Of a DNA stretch of 64,000 nt, positions 28,056 through 37,638 are shown one piece after another. Position numbers and translations under genes: made by a program. Source of the stretch: Christensenella sp. UBA7703 (lineage in GTDB: Bacteria > Bacillota > Clostridia > Christensenellales > CAG-138); assembly GCA_002482505.1 (NCBI GenBank), contig DLGD01000007.1, positions 67,258 to 131,257 on the forward strand. The letters run 5' to 3'. Below the pieces are notes generated by a model. That model did not search any database. It saw nothing but the letters and a program-made list of their open reading frames with translations, and was not told the DNA's origin. Positions within the stretch are counted from its first letter, which is position 1; every line of letters starts with the position of its first letter.

Positions 28056-28712
28056 ATGGATCAGATTTGGAAAACCGTACTGGCCATCGTCGGAAGTGTC
28101 GGTGGTGCAGGATTAATCATTGCGTTTGTAGGGAAATGGCTGGCGCAATTAATTGCCGACCGTATTATCCAGAGCAAGCAACAGCAGTTTGAAAAAGATC
28201 AGGCTGAAATGCGTGCAAAGTTCGAGTTAGAACTTGAACAGTACCGGACAAGAGCAGCTGAGTATACATATGTTAGCCAGTTGCAATTTGAAACGGAATT
28301 CAAGGTCTACCAATCGCTCTTTCAAAGTTTGTATGAGTTTGGAACAAGTACTTCGGTTCTGTTTCCAATATATGACGAAGTGCCCGAGGATGCGGAAGAG
28401 AAGAAGAAGCTCTATATAGAACGTTACACAAGGTTCTGTGACGCATATAATGAGTTTTCATCTGTACTTGAGAAGAATGCTCCGTTTATCCCCATACATC
28501 TCTATGATTCATTTGTGGCTATCAGACAACAAGCAAATGACATCAGCTGCATGTATCCAGACATCCGAATTAATCCTGACGAAAGACTAGCAAAAGATTA
28601 TCATCAAATAACACGTGAAAACTATACAAAGTCGCGTGAATTTCGCGACAATCTTGCAACGATAAAAGTTGATGTTCGCGATTACCTTGGCACACTAAGA
28701 ATTCAGAATTAA
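28056..28712 (+). CDS. N-terminally membrane-anchored coiled-coil protein, unknown function
   Basis: 218 aa. TM helix VLAIVGSVGGAGLIIAFVGKWLA, then a Q/E/K-rich helix and an alpha-helical domain. The stop lies 18 nt before the mod start. Confidence 0.7.
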   Translation: MDQIWKTVLAIVGSVGGAGLIIAFVGKWLAQLIADRIIQSKQQQFEKDQAEMRAKFELELEQYRTRAAEYTYVSQLQFETEFKVYQSLFQSLYEFGTSTSVLFPIYDEVPEDAEEKKKLYIERYTRFCDAYNEFSSVLEKNAPFIPIHLYDSFVAIRQQANDISCMYPDIRINPDERLAKDYHQITRENYTKSREFRDNLATIKVDVRDYLGTLRIQN

Positions 28713-28729
28713 CATTTAGGAGAACATAC

Positions 28730-30328
28730 ATGCCCACCCTTGAATGGATCGGAAAAGACAAAGTCATCAACCATCATCAGGACGTTGCATACCGCGTGCT
28801 GGAACGTCAGTATAGCTATAGCGCAAAGGGACAAACGGAAGCGGACAACGGCAGCGGGAATATGATTATCCACGGGGATAACCTTGTCGCGCTGAAGGCA
28901 TTGTTGCCGCAGTATGAGGGCAAGATCAGGTGCATCTATATTGATCCGCCGTACAATACCGGGAATGAGAAATGGGTGTACAACGACAACGTCAACGATC
29001 CGAAAATTAAGAAGTGGCTTGGGGATGTGGTTGGTCGAGAGGGTGAAGATTTGTCGCGCCATGATAAGTGGCTGTGCATGATGTATCCGCGTTTGGCTTT
29101 GTTGCAGAAATTACTGGATGAATGCGGCGTGATCTTTATCTCAATTGATTCAAATGAGCTATTTAGCTTAAAGATGATATGCGATGAGATTTTTGGTTCA
29201 AGCAATTTTGTAGATGTCATTTCATGGTTTAAAAAAGCATCACCTTCAAATGATGCCCAATATTTCAGCAATGATGTTGAGTATATTATTGTTTATGCGA
29301 AACAAAAACAGAATTGGAAGCCGAAACGTCTTCCATTGTCGCAATCTCAATTAAAATACTATTCAAACCCAGATCGTGATCCAAGAGGTGATTGGAATTC
29401 GGCTACTTACACGTGTAATAAATCAAAGTCTGAACGACCAAGCTTGTACTATGCGATTACCAACCCTAATACGGGTCACGAAATCTATCCAAAAGAGACA
29501 GCCGTCTGGAAATACTCGCAAGATCAAACAAAACTACATGTAGCTCAGAATTTGCTTTATTGGGGTGCTGATGGACAGTCTCAGTTCCCGAGGATGAAGA
29601 AATTTCTTGGAACACATCAAGGTGTAGTTAACAGAACGCTTTGGCATTATGATGAGGTAGGACATACTCAATCTGCTACAAATGAGATTAATGCCGTTAT
29701 CGATGGTGGATTTCCCACGCCAAAACCTGCTTCTCTTGTCGAGAGAGTACTTCAAATTGCAGCTGGAAAAGATGACATTTTCCTTGACTCCTTTGCTGGT
29801 TCCGGTACCACCGCCCACGCAGTACTGAATCTGAACAAACAGGATGGCGGCAACCGCAAATTCATCCTTGTCGAAACAGAGGACTATGCGGAAACCATCA
29901 CTGCAGAGCGCGTTAAACGCGTTATTCGCGGTTATGGCGAGGGCAACAGCGCGGTGGAAGGCACTGGGGGCGACTTCTCCTTCTATGAGTTGGGCGATGT
30001 TCTGCTCCTTGCGGACGGAAACCTTAACGAATCCGTTGGTGTGGATCGGATTCGCGCCTATGTGTACTTTATGGAGACGAAGCAGACCATCGGTGAGAAA
30101 TCTCCGGAAGAAAATGATTACTACCTTGGAACGCATAATCAGACAGCGTACTATTTTTACTATGAACCGGATACCGTGACCACGTTGGATGATTCGTTCC
30201 TCGCGACCATCCGCACCCGTGCAGACGGCTACTTGATCTATGCGGATCGGTTGGCGCTGAGTGCCGACGACTTACGAAAATACAATATTGTCTTCAAAAA
30301 GATTCCGCGCGATATTTCACGGCTGTAA
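28730..30328 (+). CDS. mod: Type III restriction-modification DNA methyltransferase (Mod, beta-class N6A/N4C)
   Basis: Motif IV IYIDPPYNTG precedes motif I FLDSFAGSGTTAHA (beta-class order). The central TRD is AT-rich. The res gene follows after 11 nt. Confidence 0.9.
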   Translation: MPTLEWIGKDKVINHHQDVAYRVLERQYSYSAKGQTEADNGSGNMIIHGDNLVALKALLPQYEGKIRCIYIDPPYNTGNEKWVYNDNVNDPKIKKWLGDVVGREGEDLSRHDKWLCMMYPRLALLQKLLDECGVIFISIDSNELFSLKMICDEIFGSSNFVDVISWFKKASPSNDAQYFSNDVEYIIVYAKQKQNWKPKRLPLSQSQLKYYSNPDRDPRGDWNSATYTCNKSKSERPSLYYAITNPNTGHEIYPKETAVWKYSQDQTKLHVAQNLLYWGADGQSQFPRMKKFLGTHQGVVNRTLWHYDEVGHTQSATNEINAVIDGGFPTPKPASLVERVLQIAAGKDDIFLDSFAGSGTTAHAVLNLNKQDGGNRKFILVETEDYAETITAERVKRVIRGYGEGNSAVEGTGGDFSFYELGDVLLLADGNLNESVGVDRIRAYVYFMETKQTIGEKSPEENDYYLGTHNQTAYYFYYEPDTVTTLDDSFLATIRTRADGYLIYADRLALSADDLRKYNIVFKKIPRDISRL

Positions 30329-30339
30329 GGAGATCGATC

Positions 30340-32928
30340 ATGGAACTCAAGCGCTTTCAAAAGGATGTCATCGCCGATTTGACGCGATTCCTTGCGCTCC
30401 TTTCGGAGAAGCAGAATATCCCCAAGGCATACGAAGCCTTCTGGAACGAAAAGAATGTACCGATCGGACTTTCCGGGCTCTCGCCGTATCGAACAGAGAT
30501 TCCGGGCGTACCCGATGTATGTTTCAAAGTTCCGACCGGAGGCGGCAAGACCTTTATCGCCTGCAACTCCATCAAGCCGATCTTTGATGCGCTACCGTAT
30601 ACAAAAGCAAAGGCTGTCGTATGGCTTGTTCCGTCCGATTCCATTCTGGAGCAGACTTATAAAGCGCTGACAAGTGCAGATCATCCATATCGTCAACGCA
30701 TCAATTCAGACTTTGGCAATCGCGTGGAAGTGTATGGAAAACAGCAGCTATTAAACGGACAAGACTTTAGCCCGACAACGGTGCGGGAAAGGTTGTCTAT
30801 CTTCGTGCTGAGTTACGATTCTTTCCGAATCAGCAAAAAGGATGGGCGCAAAGCTTATCAGGAGAACGGAAATCTCGCGCCATTTGCGCGCTATGCCAAA
30901 CCGGAGCACAAACTGGAAGATGCGGATGATACCGCGCTGATTCAAGCCATCCGTTCGTTAGAACCTATCGTGATCGTGGATGAAAGCCATCATGCCACAT
31001 CCGATCTTAGCTTGGAAATGCTGAAGAACTTCAATCCCAGCTTCATTCTGGATCTGACCGCAACGCCGAAATCAAACAGCAACGTGATTTCCTATGTCGA
31101 CGCCGCGCAACTCAAGCGTGAGAACATGGTGAAATTGCCCGTGATTGTCTATAACCGGAAAACGCATTCGGATGTGTTTCTCGATGCAATCACCATCCGC
31201 AACAATCTGGAAGCGAAAGCAAAGATTGACCAGGCAAGAACCGGTCGATATATTCGACCGATCGTGTTGCTGCAGGCACAACCGCGCGGCAAGGACGAGA
31301 ATACGACGTTCACCAAGCTGCGTCATGCGCTGGTAGAGATGGGAATACCGGAGGATTGGATCGCTATCAAAACCGCCGAGATCAACGAGCTAAAAAACGT
31401 GGATCTACTTTCGGAAACATGCCCCATCCGCTATATCATCACGGTCAACGCATTGAAGGAAGGTTGGGACTGCCCGTTCGCTTACGTCTTGGCGACGATT
31501 GCAAACCGTACTTCCGCAGTAGATGTTGAGCAGATATTGGGGCGTATTCTCCGCTTGCCCTATACGGCAAAGAATGAAACCGACATGCTCAATATCTCCT
31601 ATGTTTTGACTTCTTCGAATGATTTTCGCGATACGCTCACGCATGTTATCGCCGCGTTGAATCGTGCGGGATTCAGCAGCCGGGATTATCACGCCGAGGA
31701 CTTGACGGAAACGATCATAGAAGCGCCTGTGTCGGAGCAATTGCAGCTGAAGGAACCAGTGCAGGAAGATGACCTTCCGGAAATCGACACGGCTCGCATT
31801 CGCGCATATCTGGAAAATCAACCCGTAGCAGAGAAGCAGGCAGAGAGCTTATTTGCGCCTGCGCTTGAGCAGGCTGGTCAATACGAAGAAGCGTTCGCGC
31901 ATATGGATGAGGACTTCCAGTTCGGACCGATGGAGGTATCTAGCAAGATGAACGTATTTCGTATGGAGCCACAGTTTGAAGAAGAAGCAAGAACCTTGCG
32001 GATTCCTCAGTTTTTTGTTGATGCTCCTGCGAGCCTGTTTTCTGAAACCGCGTATGCTCTACTGGATGAAAGCCGTCTAGCAAAGGGCTTTTCACTGCGT
32101 GGGAAAGATACGAAAATTGATTTCGTTACCCTGGATGCAGAAATTGCTAAGGTTGATATTGCTGAAACAGCGAATGCAAAACCGCGCGTGTTTGATCTCT
32201 CTAATCGCGATAGTGTTTATATCAAGGAATGGTTCAATTCCCTCCCGCCGGAAAGCCGTTTGCAGCATGGTATGAGTATCATCTACAAGCAGCTCTCGAA
32301 AAACGACGCGATCAATGATAAGGAGCTCAAGGATTATATCAAGCTCGTCGTCGATGGGTTCTCCGCGGATCAACTCAGCGATCTTGAACAATCTCCATAT
32401 CCTTACGTGAAGCGATTTGAAGACAAGGTAAAGTCATTGTTGCTGAAACATAATGAGGATACATTCAACCTTTGGATTGAGCAAGGAAAAATCATCTGCC
32501 GTCCATCGTATGCGCTAAAGGCCGCAATCACACCAGTGAGGCATACTGGAATTCTACCGAAATCGCTCTATTCTGAAGAAGATGATATGAATGATTTCGA
32601 ATATGAAGTTGCCCGCAGATTAGCCGCGTTGGATAACGTCAAATGGTGGCACCGCAACATTTCGCGCAATGGATTCTATATCAATGGGTTCATCAACATG
32701 TACCCGGATTTTATCGTGCTGACGAAACGCGGAACGATCATCCTGGTTGAGCCAAAAGGGGATCATCTAGAGAATTCCGAGTCACGACAAAAAGTCGCTC
32801 TCGGCAGATCTTGGGAACATAAAGCTGGCACAAACTATCGCTACTATATGGTCTTTAAGAATAAAGATTTGGCTGTCGACGGAGCATTTCAGGTGGATCG
32901 ATTTATCGAAATCATCAAAGCCCTATAA
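30340..32928 (+). CDS. res: Type III restriction endonuclease (Res) subunit
   Basis: 862 aa. Helicase motifs VPTGGGKT, VIVDESHH, LTATP. The C-terminal PD-(D/E)xK is YPDFIVL...ILVEPKG. Confidence 0.9.
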   Translation: MELKRFQKDVIADLTRFLALLSEKQNIPKAYEAFWNEKNVPIGLSGLSPYRTEIPGVPDVCFKVPTGGGKTFIACNSIKPIFDALPYTKAKAVVWLVPSDSILEQTYKALTSADHPYRQRINSDFGNRVEVYGKQQLLNGQDFSPTTVRERLSIFVLSYDSFRISKKDGRKAYQENGNLAPFARYAKPEHKLEDADDTALIQAIRSLEPIVIVDESHHATSDLSLEMLKNFNPSFILDLTATPKSNSNVISYVDAAQLKRENMVKLPVIVYNRKTHSDVFLDAITIRNNLEAKAKIDQARTGRYIRPIVLLQAQPRGKDENTTFTKLRHALVEMGIPEDWIAIKTAEINELKNVDLLSETCPIRYIITVNALKEGWDCPFAYVLATIANRTSAVDVEQILGRILRLPYTAKNETDMLNISYVLTSSNDFRDTLTHVIAALNRAGFSSRDYHAEDLTETIIEAPVSEQLQLKEPVQEDDLPEIDTARIRAYLENQPVAEKQAESLFAPALEQAGQYEEAFAHMDEDFQFGPMEVSSKMNVFRMEPQFEEEARTLRIPQFFVDAPASLFSETAYALLDESRLAKGFSLRGKDTKIDFVTLDAEIAKVDIAETANAKPRVFDLSNRDSVYIKEWFNSLPPESRLQHGMSIIYKQLSKNDAINDKELKDYIKLVVDGFSADQLSDLEQSPYPYVKRFEDKVKSLLLKHNEDTFNLWIEQGKIICRPSYALKAAITPVRHTGILPKSLYSEEDDMNDFEYEVARRLAALDNVKWWHRNISRNGFYINGFINMYPDFIVLTKRGTIILVEPKGDHLENSESRQKVALGRSWEHKAGTNYRYYMVFKNKDLAVDGAFQVDRFIEIIKAL

Positions 32929-32966
32929 AAAGCATTGTCGAAAAATATGTTTGAAAGATCGAATAT

Positions 32967-34916
32967 ATGGAACCGAGTCAAATTCAAAGCGCCTATAGAA
33001 GTATTTGTCAAGCACTGACGCAAACCCCAGGCACACCATATATTTTTCAAGATGTTCGTGATGCGGGAATTCATGACGTCTCTTTTGTGTTGCGTGCCGA
33101 ACCTCTGCAAGCACATGATCAATCAAAGTATGCAAAAGCGATGTCAGACGAACTGCTTTTATGTGTTCAAGCAAAGATCATATCAGAGAAGCTGAGATCT
33201 TTGATTGCCTTCCCTCCCATGTTCATGTATTCGGAGAAATTTTCGTTACGAACGAAAATTCTCCTTGAAGAAAGTAAGTTCCAGCCAGATGAGTTGTTCC
33301 AATTTGGAATGATGCTTGCCACAGATCGACAAGCCATTGGTGAGGTTAAGCTCGGCATTTATATTTTAGGACTTTTCAAAAACGACATTTCTGCCGCAGT
33401 CATTCGCACGCTTGGTTTACACAGCGAATTTACATTTGCATCGCTGGAAGCAATGTATTCTTGGCCAAAATATAATGATATAGTGTTTGACTTCGCACAA
33501 AATACGACTGGATACGGTAGACTCATGTCGGTCCACCGACTCATTCCGATCACCACCCTGCAGCAGGAGTGGCTTTTCATTAACGCAATGAAAACCACTA
33601 TTGAAAGAAATCTCATTGCTCAACGCATAATGTCTTTACCCGATATAGAAGAGCATCTCGATTCGTTAACTATTGACGAAGTTGAATATCACGCGCTCTC
33701 ACGTTTGTTTGCTTACGCATTTCACGAGAAAAACGCAAAGGATTATCAAGTCAGTAAATCGTTAATCTCGAAATACCTAGATCGCACGGCGCAATTCTCT
33801 AATAGTTTTATTGATCAAGCAGCAATAGTTATGATCCGTCGTTCTATGCTGCCGAGTTGGCAGCAAGCTGGCGTCGATGTACCTAAGCAAAATGGCTGGA
33901 GCAGCGATATTGAGTATTCTGTTCTCGAAAAATGCAAGACATTATGGCATAAACCAGAATATCGTTTAACCCTTCTGTTAAGAGAAATGAATCATCCTCA
34001 AGAAGATCATGCAATCATTGTGAAAGTGCTTGAAACTTATGCTTTTGACTACTCATTCCCGTTGCCAGATTTCCTTGCCTTCTCTCAAATGCTGACGGTC
34101 GACCCCTTTGACATGGATATTGCAAGGTTCATGCTCATTGAACATCCTGAAAAATACGCAAAATCTATCGCAGAACGAATTCTCAACGTCATACCGGAAG
34201 ATGTCTTGAGTTCGCCAGCAATAATTGAACCCGCTGAACTGTCCCAAGAAAATCGTCCGGATATTTGGCTCATATATTTATTATCGTCACGTAAGAAAGT
34301 TGATTTCGAATGTGAGCAAATTTGTTTGCGTTGCTTACACGCTAGGTTCCAAGATGTTCGCATTCATGCAATTACAGTCCTTCGATTCATAAAGTTGAAA
34401 TGGTCGCACCTAGTAATTCCCGCGCTTGAGAAAGCGATGTTAAGCGAGCCAGACGAGAAAATTATCAAGCGAATCAAGCGACTTCTTGGCATTAGTCTCG
34501 ACCAAAAAAAAGAGCACCGCTATGTAGACATCTCTGATGAAACCATAACCCCAACCCCTTATGATAGGATTTTTCTTGAAACAGAAATAGCCGGAACATT
34601 CTTTCGCGATATGGATGCTGTCATTGATGTTCTTGATGCCGGCGACATCTTATACCTGAAACGAGAACCAGAGAATAAATATGATAGCAATGCAATTCTT
34701 GTTACGGCAGAAGACGGATATGTTTTGGGATATGTACCGAGAACACAAAATCAATCCCTTGTATCGTTAATGGATGCCGGGGAACGACTGTACGCCATTC
34801 TAAGGCTTGCGCCCAAAGCATATGATGGGAAACCGCCTATCTCGATAGTAATATCGCAAACCGCCCCTGAAACAGGAAAAGTTCTTGCCTTTCCTTCAGG
34901 AAAAGAATTGCATTAG
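32967..34916 (+). CDS. helical-repeat (HEAT/ARM-like) protein with C-terminal HIRAN domain
   Basis: 649 aa. The C-terminal GDILYLKREPENKYDSNAILVTAEDGYVLGYVPRTQNQSLVSLMDAGERLYA is a textbook HIRAN signature. The N-terminal ~540 aa are all-alpha with a HEAT-like segment (DVRIHAITVLRF...VIPALEKAMLSEPDEKIIKRI). There is no P-loop. The start codon is uncertain (weak RBS). Confidence 0.75.
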   Translation: MEPSQIQSAYRSICQALTQTPGTPYIFQDVRDAGIHDVSFVLRAEPLQAHDQSKYAKAMSDELLLCVQAKIISEKLRSLIAFPPMFMYSEKFSLRTKILLEESKFQPDELFQFGMMLATDRQAIGEVKLGIYILGLFKNDISAAVIRTLGLHSEFTFASLEAMYSWPKYNDIVFDFAQNTTGYGRLMSVHRLIPITTLQQEWLFINAMKTTIERNLIAQRIMSLPDIEEHLDSLTIDEVEYHALSRLFAYAFHEKNAKDYQVSKSLISKYLDRTAQFSNSFIDQAAIVMIRRSMLPSWQQAGVDVPKQNGWSSDIEYSVLEKCKTLWHKPEYRLTLLLREMNHPQEDHAIIVKVLETYAFDYSFPLPDFLAFSQMLTVDPFDMDIARFMLIEHPEKYAKSIAERILNVIPEDVLSSPAIIEPAELSQENRPDIWLIYLLSSRKKVDFECEQICLRCLHARFQDVRIHAITVLRFIKLKWSHLVIPALEKAMLSEPDEKIIKRIKRLLGISLDQKKEHRYVDISDETITPTPYDRIFLETEIAGTFFRDMDAVIDVLDAGDILYLKREPENKYDSNAILVTAEDGYVLGYVPRTQNQSLVSLMDAGERLYAILRLAPKAYDGKPPISIVISQTAPETGKVLAFPSGKELH

Positions 34917-35046
34917 TGAAGTTGCAGATCTTCTTCTGAATGAGACAGAAATATAGAAAAGACAGTCTACAATTTATTAGCATCCGATAAAAACTCGTTG
35001 ATTGAAATGGAACTACTTATTATGAAGTCGCAGAATGGAGAATTGA

Positions 35047-35976
35047 ATGATTCTGAATGATTTTAAACAAATGTTGGGCATCGATGGACAGATTATAAAA
35101 GAAGAGAATTGTTGTTGTATTAAATCAGCCACTCATGTGATGTCAGCACAACGCGCTGTAAACGAGTTGAAATATGGCGGTGCTCATGGAGAGGAACTAT
35201 TCGACTGTTTCAACTCCGTTCAAGGTGGTCATTTTGCTAAGCGGATGATATCATATCCTTTCGTCTATATGTTCATGGGCGAAGGTGATTCAGCCAGATT
35301 TTATGCCCTTTATGAAGTGCTGGAGAGTATTACAAGAAAAGATGCAAACCAGCGCGGGTTAATTCCATCTGACTATAAAACAAAAATCGAAGGTGAAGGT
35401 TGGCAATCTTTCGATCACGAACCATTCTTCGTCTTGAGAAAGCATGTAACACCAGGCGGTGTGGAAGGACGTTTACTTGTGAATTTTAATTCCGGGCAAC
35501 AAAATGCGCCAACCTTTTTGTGCGCTGGTAAGTACATTGTTACTCAAATTGAGCCCCTAAGAGTTGCAACCGAGTTTATTGATTATAAAAGCGTTCGACT
35601 TACATATAACGAATTAAAGTTAGTTGTTCAAGATGAGAAGTGGAAAGACATGCTCTCGCGGTTCGGTGGTGTTTATTTAATTCATGATGGTAACTCAGGT
35701 AAAAATTATGTTGGGTCAGCATATGGCAAATTCGGATTTTGGGGAAGATGGAATCATTATGCCGAATTTCCGACAGGTGGAGCTATTGAAACAGGTAACA
35801 CCGAACTTGTAAAGTTGCTTTCACAGGATCCAGAGTACGCGGAAAAACACTTCCACTACTCAATTCTCGAAGTACTGCCACTCGTGAAAGAAGGAATAAA
35901 TCAAGCAATACTTGATGCTGAAATTCGATGGAAGATTCATTTAGGCACAAGAAATTGGGGGCTAAATTCTAACTAA
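35047..35976 (+). CDS. GIY-YIG nuclease family protein with ~200-aa N-terminal domain of unknown function
   Basis: 309 aa. GVYLIHD...KNYVGSAYG (the GIY/YIG elements), downstream Arg, Glu (ILEVLP...AEIRWK) and a terminal GLNSN. RBS ggaga lies 6 nt upstream. Confidence 0.8.
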   Translation: MILNDFKQMLGIDGQIIKEENCCCIKSATHVMSAQRAVNELKYGGAHGEELFDCFNSVQGGHFAKRMISYPFVYMFMGEGDSARFYALYEVLESITRKDANQRGLIPSDYKTKIEGEGWQSFDHEPFFVLRKHVTPGGVEGRLLVNFNSGQQNAPTFLCAGKYIVTQIEPLRVATEFIDYKSVRLTYNELKLVVQDEKWKDMLSRFGGVYLIHDGNSGKNYVGSAYGKFGFWGRWNHYAEFPTGGAIETGNTELVKLLSQDPEYAEKHFHYSILEVLPLVKEGINQAILDAEIRWKIHLGTRNWGLNSN

Positions 35977-36042
35977 TACAGTGTTTTTTCATTCACTGGT
36001 TTTTTATCGATATCTACACTCCTAGCCATTTCGTCATCGTTT

Positions 36043-37638
36043 TTATTCGATCACCTCGGACCAGCCCTGCAACGAGTTGTTTGTATTAAAACGAAGCATG
36101 CCGTGTCCCTTGCCATGTATTGTTAAATTCTCCACCGCCACATTCCACAGGCCCTCATCGAACTCCAAAATCGGTCCCGTCGTCTTGAGCACCTTATAGA
36201 ATGCATCTAGCTCGCGCTTCCTTGCCTTTTGTTGCTCACGCTGCTCCCCGATCGCAGCGATCTGTTCATCATGCAGCCGGCTTTGCGTCAAGAGCTCTGC
36301 GTACTGATCGTCGTATACGTTCTGTTCGATCAAAGTTCGCGCGTAGTCGTCTACCAATTTGCGCATCGAAGCGGATACAACTTCCAGCTCCTTACCCGCA
36401 GAGGCTTCCTTTTCGTCCAGCTCACGAGTGTCGGTTAGCGTCGTAATTAGCATCCTGATATCAGAAAGAACTTGATCCTTATTCGCTATCACACGGTTCA
36501 TCTCAGCCACAAACGCCGCCTTGACCTGATCTTCGGTCACGTGCGGCGTTTTGCATGGTTCACCATTATCGTATTTGTGCTGACAGCGCCAGATTACGGT
36601 GCGGTATTTGTCGTTGCTATGCCACACCTTCCTGCCGTAATAGCTGCCGCATTCCCCGCAGATGATCTTGCTGGAAAAGCAGCCGCTTCTGCCTACATAT
36701 CGGGCTTCGCGACGGCGCTTCAACACTTGCTGAACCTCTTCGAAAACCTCCGGCGAAACGATCGCTGGGTGACTCTGCTCCACGTAATATTGCGGTAATT
36801 CGCCTTCGTTTCGTTTCATCTTTTTGGTCAGGAAATCTACGCAGAAGGTTTTCTGCAACAGTGCGTCACCCTTATACTTTTCGTTCCGCAGGATGCTTTC
36901 CACCGTGCTGGTTTGCCAACGCTGTTTACCAGCCGGGGATAAGATCCCCATGGCTTCCATCCGTTTTGCGATACCGGATGGCATAAGCCCTTCCAGAAAT
37001 AGCGAGTAGATCAGCCGGACGGTTTTCGCTTGCTCTTCAACAATCTGCGGCTGCCCGTCAGGGCTCTTCTCGTAGCCGAGGAACTGTTTGTATGGAAGAT
37101 AGACCTTCCCCTCCTCGCACTTAGCGCGTTTGCCCCAGGCGACGTTCTCGCTGATCGAACGGCTCTCCTCCTGCGCGAGCGAACTCATGATCGTGATCAG
37201 GAGCTCGCCTTTGGAGTCCATGGTGTAGATGTTCTCCTTCTCGAAATACACCTCTACCCCCTTCTCCTTCAGCTGTCGAACCGCAGTCAGCGTATCGACC
37301 GTATTTCTGGCAAAGCGTGAGATGCTTTTCGTTATGATCAGGTCGATCTTCCCAACCAAAGCATCCGCGATCATGCGGTTAAAACCGTCGCGCTTTTTCG
37401 TATTCGTCCCGCTGATACCTTCATCCGTATACACCTCGACCAAAGTCCAATCCGCATTAGCGGTGATCTGGCGGGTGTAATAGTCTACCTGCGCCTCAAA
37501 ACTCGTGAATTGCTCGTCACTGTCGGTCGATACTCGAGCATACGCGGCAACGCGACGCAAGCTCGCAATCGCTTGATGCGCTGATGTTTTGGCAACGACT
37601 GCACGATCAATCTTCGTGACTTTCTTGATGGCTTCCAT
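36043..37638 (-). CDS. large serine recombinase
   Basis: 531 aa. AAYARVSTDSDEQ catalytic Ser region, resolvase N-domain, recombinase domain and a Zn-ribbon (CGECGSYYGRK...WRCQHK), with a coiled-coil C-terminus. Confidence 0.9.
   Translation of the reverse strand: MEAIKKVTKIDRAVVAKTSAHQAIASLRRVAAYARVSTDSDEQFTSFEAQVDYYTRQITANADWTLVEVYTDEGISGTNTKKRDGFNRMIADALVGKIDLIITKSISRFARNTVDTLTAVRQLKEKGVEVYFEKENIYTMDSKGELLITIMSSLAQEESRSISENVAWGKRAKCEEGKVYLPYKQFLGYEKSPDGQPQIVEEQAKTVRLIYSLFLEGLMPSGIAKRMEAMGILSPAGKQRWQTSTVESILRNEKYKGDALLQKTFCVDFLTKKMKRNEGELPQYYVEQSHPAIVSPEVFEEVQQVLKRRREARYVGRSGCFSSKIICGECGSYYGRKVWHSNDKYRTVIWRCQHKYDNGEPCKTPHVTEDQVKAAFVAEMNRVIANKDQVLSDIRMLITTLTDTRELDEKEASAGKELEVVSASMRKLVDDYARTLIEQNVYDDQYAELLTQSRLHDEQIAAIGEQREQQKARKRELDAFYKVLKTTGPILEFDEGLWNVAVENLTIHGKGHGMLRFNTNNSLQGWSEVIE

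Larger units (their letters stand above)
24190..36040. mobile_element. horizontally acquired AT-rich defence island downstream of tRNA-Asn
   Basis: Abrupt composition steps: spot counts of about 38-40 % GC versus 55-60 % in the flanks, with the Type III R-M core near 50 %. All six genes are nucleic-acid targeting or defence-type. No recombinase lies inside the island; recombinases abut its right edge. Confidence 0.7.

Noticed and set aside
28730-30328. Simple-sequence repeat in mod that could give phase variation (phasevarion).
   Set aside because: I scanned the gene and found no homopolymer longer than 6 nt and no tetra- or pentanucleotide repeat tract.
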